Below, in pieces: positions 9,020-19,789 of a stretch of 64,000 nucleotides of DNA. Numbering within the stretch: position 1 is the first letter of the stretch; each line of letters begins with the position of its first letter. Source of the DNA: Candidatus Eutrophomonas brisbanensis. GTDB taxonomy: Bacteria; Pseudomonadota; Gammaproteobacteria; Burkholderiales; Eutrophovitaceae. Location of the stretch: the NCBI GenBank assembly GCA_038141705.1, contig JAYQIQ010000004.1, positions 775,135-839,134 of the forward strand. The letters are read 5' to 3'. Below the pieces are notes generated by a model. That model was not told the origin of the DNA. It did not search any database and saw nothing but the letters and a program-made list of their open reading frames with translations. The position numbers and the translations under genes are program-made.

Positions 9020-11433
9020 TTAACGTTTGTTCACACCCAGCGCATTACACTGCTTCCAAACACGGTATGCATTGTGCGGCATGTCCATGTGGGTAACACC
9101 TAAATGCGCAAACGCATCCACTACTGCGTTTGTAAAACATGGGATACCACCAACGTGGGGCGATTCGGCGACACCTTTTGCTCCAATCGGATGATGTGGA
9201 CACGGTGTTACCGTATGGTCCGTTTCCCAACTGGGAGTCTCGACTGCCGTGGGGAGGAAGTAATCCATATACGTATTCCCGAGGTGGTTGCCGCTCTCAT
9301 CAAATGGAAGCTGCTGACCCATCGCGACAGCGAATGCCTCAGTCAACCCGCCGTCGATTTGACCTTCGATAATCATCGGATTAATTCGAGTGCCACAATC
9401 ATCAAGCGCGTAGAACCGCCGGATCTTTGTCTCTCCCGTGAACTTATCGATATCGACAACACACACATACGCGCCGAACGGATAGGTGAGGTTAGGTGGA
9501 TCGTAGTAAGACACCGCATTCAGCCCTTGTTCCATCCCGTCTGGCAAATTACCCGTGTGAGAAACAAGACAAATTTCCTTCATCGTTTTAAATTGTGAGG
9601 GATTGCCTTTTACCTTAAAGCGATCAATTTCCCACTCAAGATCTCCTTCGGCAACCTCGAGCAAATGTGCCGCAATCTTTTTGGCTTTGTCCTTTATCTT
9701 ACGTGCGGCCTGAGCGGTCGCAGCGCCAGATACCGGGGTAGAACGCGACCCCCATGTCCCAGCACCGTAAGGAGACTTATCTGTGTCGCCTTCTTCGACA
9801 ACAATATCAGCAGCAGGCAACCCCAATTCGGTAGCGATAATTTGCGCGTACGTGGTGTAGTGGCCTTGCCCCTGAGTCATTGTTCCCAATCGGGCAATGA
9901 CACCACCCGTCGGATGTACTCGTATTTCGCAACTATCGAATAATCCGATACCAAGAATGTCTGCAACCTTGGTGGGCCCAGCACCCACAATTTCGGTGAA
10001 CGTCGACAAACCGATTCCCATCAATGTGGGGCAATCTGGATCTGCGCGTTTGGCAGCTTGTTCTTTTAGAAGACCATCGTAATCCACTGCAGCGAGAACC
10101 TTATCTAGCGCGGTGTCGTAATCCCCAGAATCAAGAGTCCAACCAAATGGCGTTGTGAATGGGAACTGATCCTTCTTGACGAAATTACGTCGGCGAATCT
10201 CGGCCTTGTCCATTCCCATTTTCTGCGCCAACACATCGATCATCCGCTCAATCAGGTAGACCGCCTCCGTAACACGTAGCGAGCAGCGATAAGCAACACC
10301 TCCAGGGGCTTTATTTGTAAATACGGCATCGACTCGGCAATACGCGTTTGGAATTGCATAGGAGCCCGTACAAATCGAGAAAAGCCCCGCAGGAAATTTA
10401 GTAGCGGATACATGGGAATTGAAAGCACCGTGGTCGGCCAACGCCGTGAATCGAAGTCCCTTAATCACGCCATTCTTATCAGCCGCTAATTCGCCAACAC
10501 CATGATAATCACGCGCAAAACTCGTCGTAGAAAGATTCTCCGTTCGCGACTCTACCCATTTCACCGGCACACCGGTAACGATGGAAGCAACTGTAGCTAC
10601 AACATACCCTGGATAGATTGGCACCTTGTTACCAAATCCACCACCGATATCACCGCCCACGACTCGGATCTTACTTTCGGCGATCCCAGATAGCATCGCA
10701 AGTACTGTACGGAATAAATGTGGAACCTGCGTTGAAACATAAAGCGTCAAATTCCCGGTGGACTTAACAAAAGATGCAACACATCCACATGTCTCTAGCG
10801 GATTAGGTGCACGCGGGGATTTAAAATTTCTTCACGTACTACCACATCCGCGCTTTCAAACGCCGCATCGGCGGCATCTTTGTCACCGGCTTCCCAAGTA
10901 AAAATATGATTTGGATGCGTTCGCGGACCGTGCGTTAAATCATCCTTATCGGCTATGTCTTCTCGCAAGACTGGTGCGTCTGGAAGCATCGCTTTCTTGG
11001 GATCCACGATCGCAGGTAGCTCCTCGTAATCAACTTCAACGAGCGCAGCGCCATCGGCGGCGGCATAACGATCCGTTGCCAATACCATCGCAACCTCTTG
11101 CAGCTGGAAGTGAACTTTCTCATCCGCAAGCACGGCCTGTACGTCACCTCCAACGGTTGGCATCCAATCCAGTTTTACGGGCTTTAGATCCTCGGCAGTC
11201 AACACCGCTACAACACCTGGGCTTGCAAGCGCCTTACTTTTGTCTATCTTTTTAATTCTTGCATGCGCGTAAGGGCTTCGTACTAATGACCCGAACAACA
11301 TACCCGGTAGCTTGATGTCGTCTACGTATGAGCCTTGACCTCGAATAAACCGGGCATCTTCCTTACGAAGCAGTGATGCCCCCATCCCCTGCAAACTTTC
11401 TTCACGTTCTTTTAAATCGGCCTCATTTCCCAT
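9020..11433 (-). pseudogene. coxL: Molybdopterin-binding large subunit of aerobic CO dehydrogenase (form I-like), frameshifted
   Basis: GGDIGGGFGNK motif and active-site loop VAYRCSLR (10274-10294). The 212-aa N-terminal and 576-aa C-terminal ORFs join as RVHPNPLETCGCVAS if GG at 10806-10807 is read as GGG. Confidence 0.85.
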
Positions 11434-11460
11434 TTAAAATTCTCCATTTTTTTGTCAGTA

Positions 11461-11946
11461 TCAGGCAGCAGATGCAGCCAATTTTTTTGCAGCAAGCTGC
11501 ACTGCCTTAACAATGTTTTGATATCCGGTGCATCTGCACAGATTCCCAGCAATGCCGTAACGAATTTGCTCTTCCGTAGGATTGGGGTTCTCTTGCAGCA
11601 AGCGGTACGCCCGCGTCAACATACCTGGTGTGCAGTAACCACACTGCAACCCGTGCGCTTCATGGAATGCTTGCTGAACGGCATGCAATTCCCCGCCCTG
11701 CTCTAAACCTTCCACCGTGACTAAATCTGATCCGTCGCATTGAACCGTCAATACGGTGCAAGACTTAAGCGATTTGCCATCCACATCCACTGTGCATGCC
11801 CCGCAATGCGAAGTCTCGCAGCCGATGTGTGGGCCCGTATGAAGCAATTTTTCACGAAGGGTATGAATTAATAATTCCCTCGGCTCTACCTCAACACTAG
11901 CCGGTTTGCCGTTGAGCGTAAAAGAAACCTGATGCGTAGTTGCCAT
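11461..11946 (-). CDS. coxS: [2Fe-2S] small subunit of CO dehydrogenase
   Basis: Two cluster motifs, [11 protein letters not shown] and CGYCTPG...CRCTGY. SD AGGAGA precedes the ATG at 11946. Confidence 0.9.
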   Translation of the reverse strand: MATTHQVSFTLNGKPASVEVEPRELLIHTLREKLLHTGPHIGCETSHCGACTVDVDGKSLKSCTVLTVQCDGSDLVTVEGLEQGGELHAVQQAFHEAHGLQCGYCTPGMLTRAYRLLQENPNPTEEQIRYGIAGNLCRCTGYQNIVKAVQLAAKKLAASAA

Positions 11947-11959
11947 GTTTAATTTCTCC

Positions 11960-12830
11960 TCAGCGATTGATCGCCCGATCATGGGCAATTTGTAGGGCTC
12001 GACGAGTCATCTCGCCACACATTGCCCGCTTGTATTCTTCATCTCCGCGCAGATCTGGCATTGGGTCACAGATACTCATCGCCAATTGTGCGGCCTCATT
12101 CAAACTCGCGTTATTGATTTGCTTACCCGTCAACGACTCCTCGGCAGCGGTTGCCCTTAACGCAGTCGATGCTGCATTAGTAAGCGCAATTCTCACTGAA
12201 CTCACAACGTCACCATTCATCTCGAGCACTACCGCGGTTGCGGCGGTCGCATAATCACCAGTTTTACGCTTGAGCTTTTGGTAACTGACGCCTGCGCCGG
12301 CGGGTGGAATCGGCACGCGAACCTGGGTGAGAATTTCTCCGGGCTCAAGCAAAGTCATGTACAAACCCAAAAAATAACCGTCAGCTTTCACCACACGTTC
12401 TCCCTGAGGCCCGGTTAACACAAATGATGCATCCAGCGCCATCATGAGCGCAGGATGATCATTACCCGGATCTCCATGAGATATATCACCTCCGATGGTA
12501 CCTTTCGAGCGAACCTGCGGGTCAGCAATAAGTCTCGCCCCCTCGACCAACAGAGGTATTTTCTCAGCGAGCAAATCAGAATTTACAAGATCTTCCTCAG
12601 TAGTCATGGCGCCGATGTGAATTTCGTTTCCTACCTGACTGATTCCCCGTAGGCTGTCAATTCGACGTAAATCTATTAAATGGGCTGGCTCCGCAAAAAC
12701 GAAGCTTCATCATCGGCAACAGACTATGACCGCCCGCTAAAATTTTAGCGTCGTCACCTAAATCACCGAGTAACTTGAGTGCCTCCGGAAGTGAATTCGG
12801 GGCATGGTATTCGAATGGTGCAGTTATCAC
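11960..12830 (-). pseudogene. coxM: FAD-binding medium subunit of CO dehydrogenase, frameshifted
   Basis: [13 protein letters not shown] and TIGGDISHGDPGND motifs. The first ~45 codons (GTG at 12830 after SD GGAGAGG) are out of frame with ORF 11960..12607 because of the A5 run at 12695-12699; A4 restores [18 protein letters not shown]. Confidence 0.8.
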
Positions 12831-13105
12831 GTTCCTCTCCCTTAAGAACTTAGCGAAAAATCATGCTGCTTATAATTTAATTATTGTGCCCCTGTGAACA
12901 TGGGACTTTTTTATAGCGTATCTACATTGATACTCTCTTATGACAAAAAGTTCTACGTATTAATAGGTACAAATGACGCTGCGGCGCATCAATTCTTGGG
13001 CCCATGATCGAGCTGAGAATTTTTTGAAGCAGCAAAATCCATATCAACCACATGAATTTTGTTCTATGGATTAAGGTGTTAGGGGAGCTTAAAGGCCTGC
13101 GAACT

Positions 13106-13663
13106 TTATTGGGTTCCAGTGTAATAATCCGGATGCCGAATCTTGACGACAATACTGTCGGGTGCATACGCGTGGCAACTGCCAATGAGCGCTGGTTTTT
13201 CAACCCGTCCCGCTTGGCGATCTCTCGCCACACGATCGTGGTACGTGGTTTGAAAACACGTCGTCGCAATTGGACCCAGTAACTCAACCAAATGTGTGCA
13301 ACCGTTGATACCCCCTAAGAGCTCGGTAACTTTTTTTCTCCAACCTCGCGTGATCGAGAGTCCTATGAGCCGTTTAAAGTTCGGTGTGATCTCGCCACAA
13401 ATCTTATATGGCCCCCAAATATTTCTCGCTTCAATATCCACCACATTAAGATCTAAGTCCACGGTCAGTCGGATCCACATTTCATGAATCGGCTCTCCGG
13501 GTTTGACAAGTCCACGATCCATATTTTCAAAGTCGTGGTCTTTTACGTCGATCAGTGTTCCCTCCACATCATAAAGGCCGTCTTGGCGACGAAATCCATT
13601 CACCTCAATGCGACGTGTATGCAGTAATTCTCTTTCAACAGACTCTGGAATAATTGCGTTCAC
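13106..13663 (-). CDS. DUF2889-family protein
   Basis: Length and motif pattern (HTRRIEV...GTLIDVKDH...GCTHLVELLGP) match my recollection of DUF2889. Function unknown. Confidence 0.55.
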   Translation of the reverse strand: MNAIIPESVERELLHTRRIEVNGFRRQDGLYDVEGTLIDVKDHDFENMDRGLVKPGEPIHEMWIRLTVDLDLNVVDIEARNIWGPYKICGEITPNFKRLIGLSITRGWRKKVTELLGGINGCTHLVELLGPIATTCFQTTYHDRVARDRQAGRVEKPALIGSCHAYAPDSIVVKIRHPDYYTGTQ

Positions 13664-13798
13664 TACTTTCCTTTTTATTCAATTTATTTTGGAAAAATCA
13701 CCATCGAACCTATAGGCCCATGCGTAGATTGAATCAAATCAATAGCGCCCTTTTTTTGGTGTAGTCTTGTTCTATCAAATCAAGTTAGATTAAACCGC

Positions 13799-14218
13799 AT
13801 GGCGCCACAAAAACAAGTAAAACACCAATGTGAGATTGTCATTACCTTTGGTGATTGCGATCCTGCAGGCATTGTATTTTATCCAAATTTCTATCGATTT
13901 ATTGACCGAACATTCCACGATTGGTTAAGAAAGTGGGGAAGCCATGACAAATTGGCAGCGCGCGTTGATGGACTTGCTCTGGGACTAATAGACTGTGGTG
14001 CGACTTTCCATCATGTGGTTCGAGATGGTGATGTGCTCAAGGTAGAGCTGTTCATCACCGAATGGAAACGCAAGACGTTCAAGGTGGAATATGAGGCGTT
14101 TACTAATAATATTCTCTGTCTTACCGCGTTTGAAGTAAGAGGGTTATTCCAAATTACTGAGGACAAAATAAGAGCGGGAGAGGTCGCACCATTGAGAGCG
14201 ATTATCGATTCTCAGTAG
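13799..14218 (+). CDS. Hotdog-fold acyl-CoA thioesterase (4HBT/YbgC-like)
   Basis: N-terminal ITFGDCDPAGIVFYPNFYRFIDRTFHDWL, typical of 4HBT thioesterases. Confidence 0.7.
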   Translation: MAPQKQVKHQCEIVITFGDCDPAGIVFYPNFYRFIDRTFHDWLRKWGSHDKLAARVDGLALGLIDCGATFHHVVRDGDVLKVELFITEWKRKTFKVEYEAFTNNILCLTAFEVRGLFQITEDKIRAGEVAPLRAIIDSQ

Positions 14219-14263
14219 TAGATGTAGTATGGGTTTGAGAGCTAATCAATCGGAGAACATGAT

Positions 14264-15342
14264 TTGGCAACAAAGATAAGTAAGTTGTATACGCCACTGG
14301 TATTTCTCTTGTGGCTTATTACGACGCCTGCTGCTAGTCATGCAGCTGAAATCAGTGTCGTGGCGGATATCCCGTTTCCTTGGGGCGTAGATCACCTAGA
14401 TCGAGAACGCATCATTGTCACGAGCAAAATTGGCGGCGTTTACATTGTCTCCCTTGAAACAAAAATCATAACCACGATTAAAAATACGCCGAAGGCACGT
14501 GTGCATAGACAAGGGGGCTTTTAGACATTGCAGTATCTAATGGAAAAACGGGGCCGTATATTTATCTTTGCTACAGCAAACCAACTGCAATCGGCACCGC
14601 AGTAGCCGTTCATGAGGCGCGTTTAATCAACGACGAACTACAGGATGGAAGGGATATTTACATATCTAATATGGACAGCGGTTCTGGTGTGCATTTTGGA
14701 TGTCGTTTGCAAATTATTGGGGATGAGTTGTTTTTATCCCATGGCGATCGAGGCCAAAGGCAGCATGCACAGGAAAAAACGATTGATTCGGGATCAATCA
14801 TTCGCCTCGAAAAAACTAAACAGTCCGAAGGAGCGTGGTCGTGGAAAAAAGAAGTATTTTCTATTGGACATCGTAATCCACAGGGCTTGGCGCTTAACCC
14901 TTGGACCGGTGAATTATGGGCGCACGAGCACGGGCCGAGAGGAGGAGACGAGATCAACGTAATTCAATCTAATACGAATTTTGGATGGCCAGTGATAAGT
15001 TACGGCGAGGAATATGTGGGCGGCTCAATTGGCCTTAACTACTCACCAGAAGGTTTTAGTGATCCAATTTGGAAGTGGATACCAAGTATTGCACCCTCAG
15101 GTATGCTTTTTTATTCAGGAGACATGTTTCCTGAACTCACCAAAAAAGTATTAGTGGGATCACTTAAGTTTGAGAAAATTGTTGCTGTTAAGCTCGACGA
15201 TAAATACCTGCCAACTAATGAATCTGATTGGGCTGTCGATCTTGGTCGCGTCAGGGACTTAATGGAGCTCGAGGATGGAAGTCTAATCATACTTCTCGAT
15301 GAGCGAAGAAATGGTGTGGTGCGTATTCATGAACCTTATTAG
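14264..15342 (+). pseudogene. Soluble PQQ-dependent sugar (glucose/sorbosone) dehydrogenase, frameshifted
   Basis: Signal peptide and GHRNPQGLALNP...HEHGPRGGDEINVIQSNTNFGWP. The frames join (QGGFLDIAVSNGK...) if the T4 run at 14519-14522 is T5. Confidence 0.8.
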
Positions 15343-15387
15343 AAAATATGAGTAACTTTCAAAAAAATTAATTTTCGTAAGCCGCTA

Positions 15388-15930
15388 ATGTACAAAAAAC
15401 TTATTATTTTTTTAACAGCATTTTTTTGGTCTCCCGGCTTGCTACTCGCGGACTCCATAACAGAGCAGATTGAATCTATTGGTGCGAACGTAATATTTAT
15501 GCGACATGCAGTCGCTCCTGGAACAGGGGACCCAAAAGAGTTCAAGATTGAGGATTGCGAAACACAAAGAAACTTGAGCGACGAAGGCAGAAAGCAAGCG
15601 ATTCGGCTTGGGAATTTCCTCAAGTCTAATATTAAGATAGATCGTGTTTTCACAAGCCAGTGGTGCCGCTGCATCGAAACGGCGCAATTGCTAGATTTAG
15701 CTGATTCGGAAACATTTCCTGGTCTCAATTCGTTTTATCAAGACCACTTTGATCGGGCATCAGTATTAAAAAATCTTAACAATTTCCTTCAACGATTAGA
15801 CAAATCAACTCTGACCCTTTTGGTTACTCACCAGGTTGTGATATCCGCCGTCACAGGACAGTATGCGGATAGCGGCGGCATTGTGCTACACAATTCGGCG
15901 AGCGGAGAGTCCCACTCTCTCCGACAGTAG
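15388..15930 (+). CDS. Secreted histidine phosphatase family protein
   Basis: Signal peptide and an RHA-type catalytic motif (VIFMRHAVAPGTGDP) of the histidine phosphatase superfamily. Confidence 0.65.
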   Translation: MYKKLIIFLTAFFWSPGLLLADSITEQIESIGANVIFMRHAVAPGTGDPKEFKIEDCETQRNLSDEGRKQAIRLGNFLKSNIKIDRVFTSQWCRCIETAQLLDLADSETFPGLNSFYQDHFDRASVLKNLNNFLQRLDKSTLTLLVTHQVVISAVTGQYADSGGIVLHNSASGESHSLRQ

Positions 15931-15974
15931 TTTTCCAACTTGCACATTCACATCAAAATACCAAAGGAGCAGAA

Positions 15975-16353
15975 ATGATTACATCCCTCTACGCAGGAAT
16001 AGCCGCCCTCTGGTTTGCATTGCTCTCTGTGAGAGTAATAGCTTTACGAGGCAATCCTATATTCTCATTTTTAGCATTCAGGAATTTAGGTGACAGCACT
16101 CTAAACAGAGCGATACGGGCGCATGGAAACTTTGCAGAATATGCGCCCATTATTCTCATCATGATGTACATACTGGAAACACAAAACTCCTCCTAGCGTT
16201 TTGCTACATGCGATCGGGTTACTCTTAATCGCTGGAAGACTGATGCATGGAATTTGTTTTGGATTTATGGAATCAAACAGAGTGTTACGAGTCGGCGGGA
16301 CGGCGCTAACGCTGACTGCTCTCATAACATCCGCGGCATCCTTATTAGCATAA
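15975..16353 (+). pseudogene. MAPEG-family membrane protein (YecN-like), frameshifted
   Basis: RAHGNFAEYAPIILIMMYILE is in one frame and SVLLHAIGLLLIAGRLMHG in the next. The join is at the A4 run 16183-16186. Confidence 0.7.
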
Positions 16354-16501
16354 GTGAATATATCTCATGGATGGATTGGGGAACCCGGACTGAACCCGCG
16401 GCTGCCTGACCAGATATCTTGCTAATTTTTTCCAACGGCAAATCGATCGAGCACCTGTCTCACCTTACGCAATACGCGAAGTCAAACTTTAGAAACACCA
16501 G

Positions 16502-17991
16502 TTAATTAACCAACGTTCGCTTAATCGACAACCGCCATCCCGCGAGCAAACGATCGCGATCTTCTCTTAACATGAGGGGAGTGAATGTTTTTTCTGGTTG
16601 CCACAAATTTTCTGCATCTCGAAGATGTCTTATCTGTTGGCTACCTAACATAGCCAGGACTGCAGCTCCCAGAGCAGTGGTCTCGGTAAACGCCGGTCTT
16701 TCTATCGACAAGTCCAACATATCGGCGATAAACTGCATCAACCAGTTGTTCGCCGTCATCCCACCGTCAACTTTGAGCCCCTTCGGCTCGATTCCATCGG
16801 AACGCATCGCCTCGATTAAATCGCGACTTTGGTACGCCACTGATTCCAACGCCGCCGTACAAAATGCTCCGGACCCGTATCACGCGTGATCCCATAAATA
16901 GCGCCCCTGGCATCTGCTGCCCAGTGAGGTGCTCCCAACCCAGTAAGCGCCGGGACCATGTACACACCTTCGTTACTGGAAATTTTTGTCGCTAGCTCCT
17001 CAGTTTGTGAGGCAGAGGAAAAGAGACCCATCCCATCACGTAGCCATTGGATAATCGCTCCTGACACAAAAATGGAACCCTCTATTCCATACGTTCTTTG
17101 TCCGTCTATCTGATAAGCAATCGTCGAGAGCAAATTACTTTTGGATAAAAGAACATTTTGACCCGTATTCACGAGCATAAAACAACCAGTACCATAGGTC
17201 GACTTCACATCACCGGCTTCAAAACACGCTTGACCGACTACCGCCGCTTGCTGATCCCCTGCTACCCCACAAATTGGTAATGCCTGACCAAAAACCTCGG
17301 CCGCGCAATCACCAAAATGGCTCGCACAGTCTCGAATCTCCGGCAACATAGACATCGGCACCCCAAATAATTGACACAAGTTCTCATCCCATTTTCCATT
17401 GTTGATGTTGTAGAGATTTGTACGACTCGCGTTCGTGGCATCAGTAACGTGATGCCGTCCTTGGGTCATTCGCCATATGAGAAAACTATCAACCGTTCCA
17501 AAACATAAGTCACCATTTTCTGCTCTCCGGCGTGCGCCCTCGACATGGTCTAGGATCCAAGCAATTTTAGTCGCGCTAAAATAGGGATCAAGTAAGAGCC
17601 CAGTTGTCTGTTGAATACTCTTTTGGTGACCTTTATCACGTAACTTCCTGCACTGGTCCGCAGTCCGCCGGTCCTGCCATACAATGGCATTGCAAACCAC
17701 TTCTCCGGTAAATCTATCCCACACGAGCGTAGTCTCTCGCTGATTGGCAATCGCAATAGCGCTTATCTTCCGACCCAATTCCTCAGCCTGCCGCACCATT
17801 TCTCGCCCCACTACTACGACAGAATCCCAGATGTCCGAAGGCCGATGTTCAACCCAACCATCAGCAGGAAAAATCTGTTCAAATTCGCGCTGACTGATAC
17901 CAAGAACCGTTCCATCAGCGGCAAACAACACTGCTCTCGAGCTGGAGGTTCCTTGATCAAGAGCTAATATTGCATTTGAATCTTGGGTCAC
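16502..17991 (-). pseudogene. glpK: Glycerol kinase, frameshifted
   Basis: N-terminal ILALDQGTSSSRAVLF. The 391-aa and 115-aa ORFs join as EHFVRAALESVAYQSRD if CC at 16855-16856 is CCC. Confidence 0.9.
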
Positions 17992-18018
17992 AAAACGTAA
18001 GTAATGCGTAAATTATTT

Positions 18019-18402
18019 TTAATCAGCCAACTGAGCCAATCCGTTACCGAATGACCAGTTATCTTTTGTTACCTCGACCAAATTAACAAAAATATCATCC
18101 GGGCGACAAGCTAAAGACGCAACTAACCGAGACATTAGCTCCTTGTAGAATTTTTTCTTAAGTTCTGCTGTTCTTCCCTGATTTAGAAAAATTTGGATTA
18201 TCAAAATCTTGTCTGAATAGTTGTTTCCATGAAAGTGAGGGGCAATATTGAGATTTTCTTTAGGGTGTCGATTTATAACTTGAAATTTATCGTTCTCAGG
18301 AACACTAAATACTTCCATGAGGACCTCATAGATAATCTCGCCAGCTAACAATATATCTTTTTGTGTCCACTCATTCGTCGTATCAATACGGACCATTGGC
18401 AT
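18019..18402 (-). CDS. Tautomerase family protein (Tautomerase_2 type)
   Basis: Met-Pro N-terminus (MPMVRID) and C-terminal FVNLVEVTKDNWSFGNGLAQ, characteristic of this family. I chose the start at 18402 to give Pro-1. Confidence 0.75.
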   Translation of the reverse strand: MPMVRIDTTNEWTQKDILLAGEIIYEVLMEVFSVPENDKFQVINRHPKENLNIAPHFHGNNYSDKILIIQIFLNQGRTAELKKKFYKELMSRLVASLACRPDDIFVNLVEVTKDNWSFGNGLAQLAD

Positions 18403-18509
18403 ATATTTTTCCCCTACATTTAACTTAATCTCAACCCAGAAATTTCTCCTAGAACCTACAAAGCCTTTTACCAAATATCTCGTAATAATTTAATCATCAT
18501 CGACACAAT

Positions 18510-19244
18510 CTAAAGTAAATCACTTATAAGTCGAAATACTAAAGGCAGGAGGAGTGCAGTGATTACGCCACTCAACCCCATGGCCACGGCCGCAAAGACA
18601 CCCGCTGTTTTATCCCGGCTCATAGCTCTTGCTGTACCAATCCCATGACTCGTAAGCCCAAAGGCAAATCCCCTGGCAGACATATTTTTAATCCGGACAA
18701 GATCTAGTACAAATGTACCAAGTGCCGCTCCGGTTACCCCAGTAACAATCGTGATAATTGCAGTCAGAGACGGTATACCACCGATCAGCTCTGAGATACC
18801 CATAGCAATGGGGGCGGTTACATTTCGAGGCAGTAACGACTTAATAGTCACTAAATCAATATTCAGAAGATAGGAAATCCCAAAGGTAAAGGCTATGGCA
18901 AACAAGGAGCCAATAAACACGGTAGCCAGGATCGCTACACGCTCAGTAGAGACGACCTTCCAGTTCAGGTAAATTGGGATAGCTAGAGCGACAGTCGCAG
19001 GGCCAAGTAAGAAATGTATGAACTTCGCACCATTGAAGTAACGCTCATACTCAACATCGAAAATAATCAAACAGCCACTTACAAGGGCTACGGAAATCGC
19101 GACCGGATTCAGAAGCGGAAAAAGTCCTGATGATTTGTATAAAAAATCCGCAAATAAATAACAACCGATCGTGAGGGTTAACCAAAAAAGAGGTTCCGCT
19201 TGGAGATATACCCATACTTCATACAGACGCATTGCATTACTCAT
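18510..19244 (-). CDS. lrgB: LrgB/CidB family membrane protein
   Basis: Polytopic 244-aa protein with LrgB-type conserved blocks (PATVALAIP...RNVTAPIAMGISE...SHGIGTARA). It overlaps the lrgA stop by 8 nt. Confidence 0.85.
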   Translation of the reverse strand: MSNAMRLYEVWVYLQAEPLFWLTLTIGCYLFADFLYKSSGLFPLLNPVAISVALVSGCLIIFDVEYERYFNGAKFIHFLLGPATVALAIPIYLNWKVVSTERVAILATVFIGSLFAIAFTFGISYLLNIDLVTIKSLLPRNVTAPIAMGISELIGGIPSLTAIITIVTGVTGAALGTFVLDLVRIKNMSARGFAFGLTSHGIGTARAMSRDKTAGVFAAVAMGLSGVITALLLPLVFRLISDLL

Positions 19245-19604
19245 CTGCCCCTCGCTTTCTTAACCACTGAAAAAGTAATGCTGTACAAATAAGCGTTAAG
19301 AGTGTTCCGATGACAATGACGCCAAGAACTTTGGCCAATTGACTTTCCAACAGTTGTAAATGCATCACAACGCCAACCCCAATTGGAACAAATAAAAGAG
19401 AGAGATGCTGGAGTAAAGTGTTAGCGGTACTCATCACTTGCTGACCAAAGCCAGAATCCGAGTCTGAGAGGGCTTAAGAAAAAGCAGTAATCCGAGCATT
19501 AAGAGCAGACCTATGACGGGACCGGGAACAGTTAGCTCGAAATATTTTTGTAAGAACTCACCAGCGAGTTGGAGAACAAAAATTAAGAAAATGGCTCGCA
19601 GCAT
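19237..19604 (-). pseudogene. lrgA: LrgA/CidA holin-like protein, frameshifted
   Basis: MLRAIFLIFVLQLAGEF... and ...LLQHLSLLFVPIGVGVVMH lie in two frames. They join with a 1-nt correction near 19445. Confidence 0.75.
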
Positions 19605-19789
19605 AGAATTCTCAAAATAAACGAATTTGGTAAGCGTAACAGAATTAGAATAGCGCTTTGGGAGCCCCAATCAATATGGGGGCACTATTTACCAATCTGT
19701 ATAAATAATGATCGCAAGTACACATCATGTTTCATGTATGCGCTGCCTAACTTATTAGTAAAATCAGTGAGAAAACAACTACTCGGTCG

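Noticed and set aside
4347-13105. The cox block considered as a mobile genomic island
   Set aside because: Only a compositional shift is visible. There is no integrase, transposase, tRNA attachment site or flanking direct repeat, so a mobile_element call is not supported.
12922-13287. A 121-aa minus-strand ORF and a 76-aa plus-strand ORF in or next to the cox upstream region
   Set aside because: They overlap the 3' end of the DUF2889 gene, have an odd composition (Arg/Ile/Leu-rich) and lack an SD or any recognisable motif. The remaining 12841-13105 region is better treated as the cox promoter/leader.
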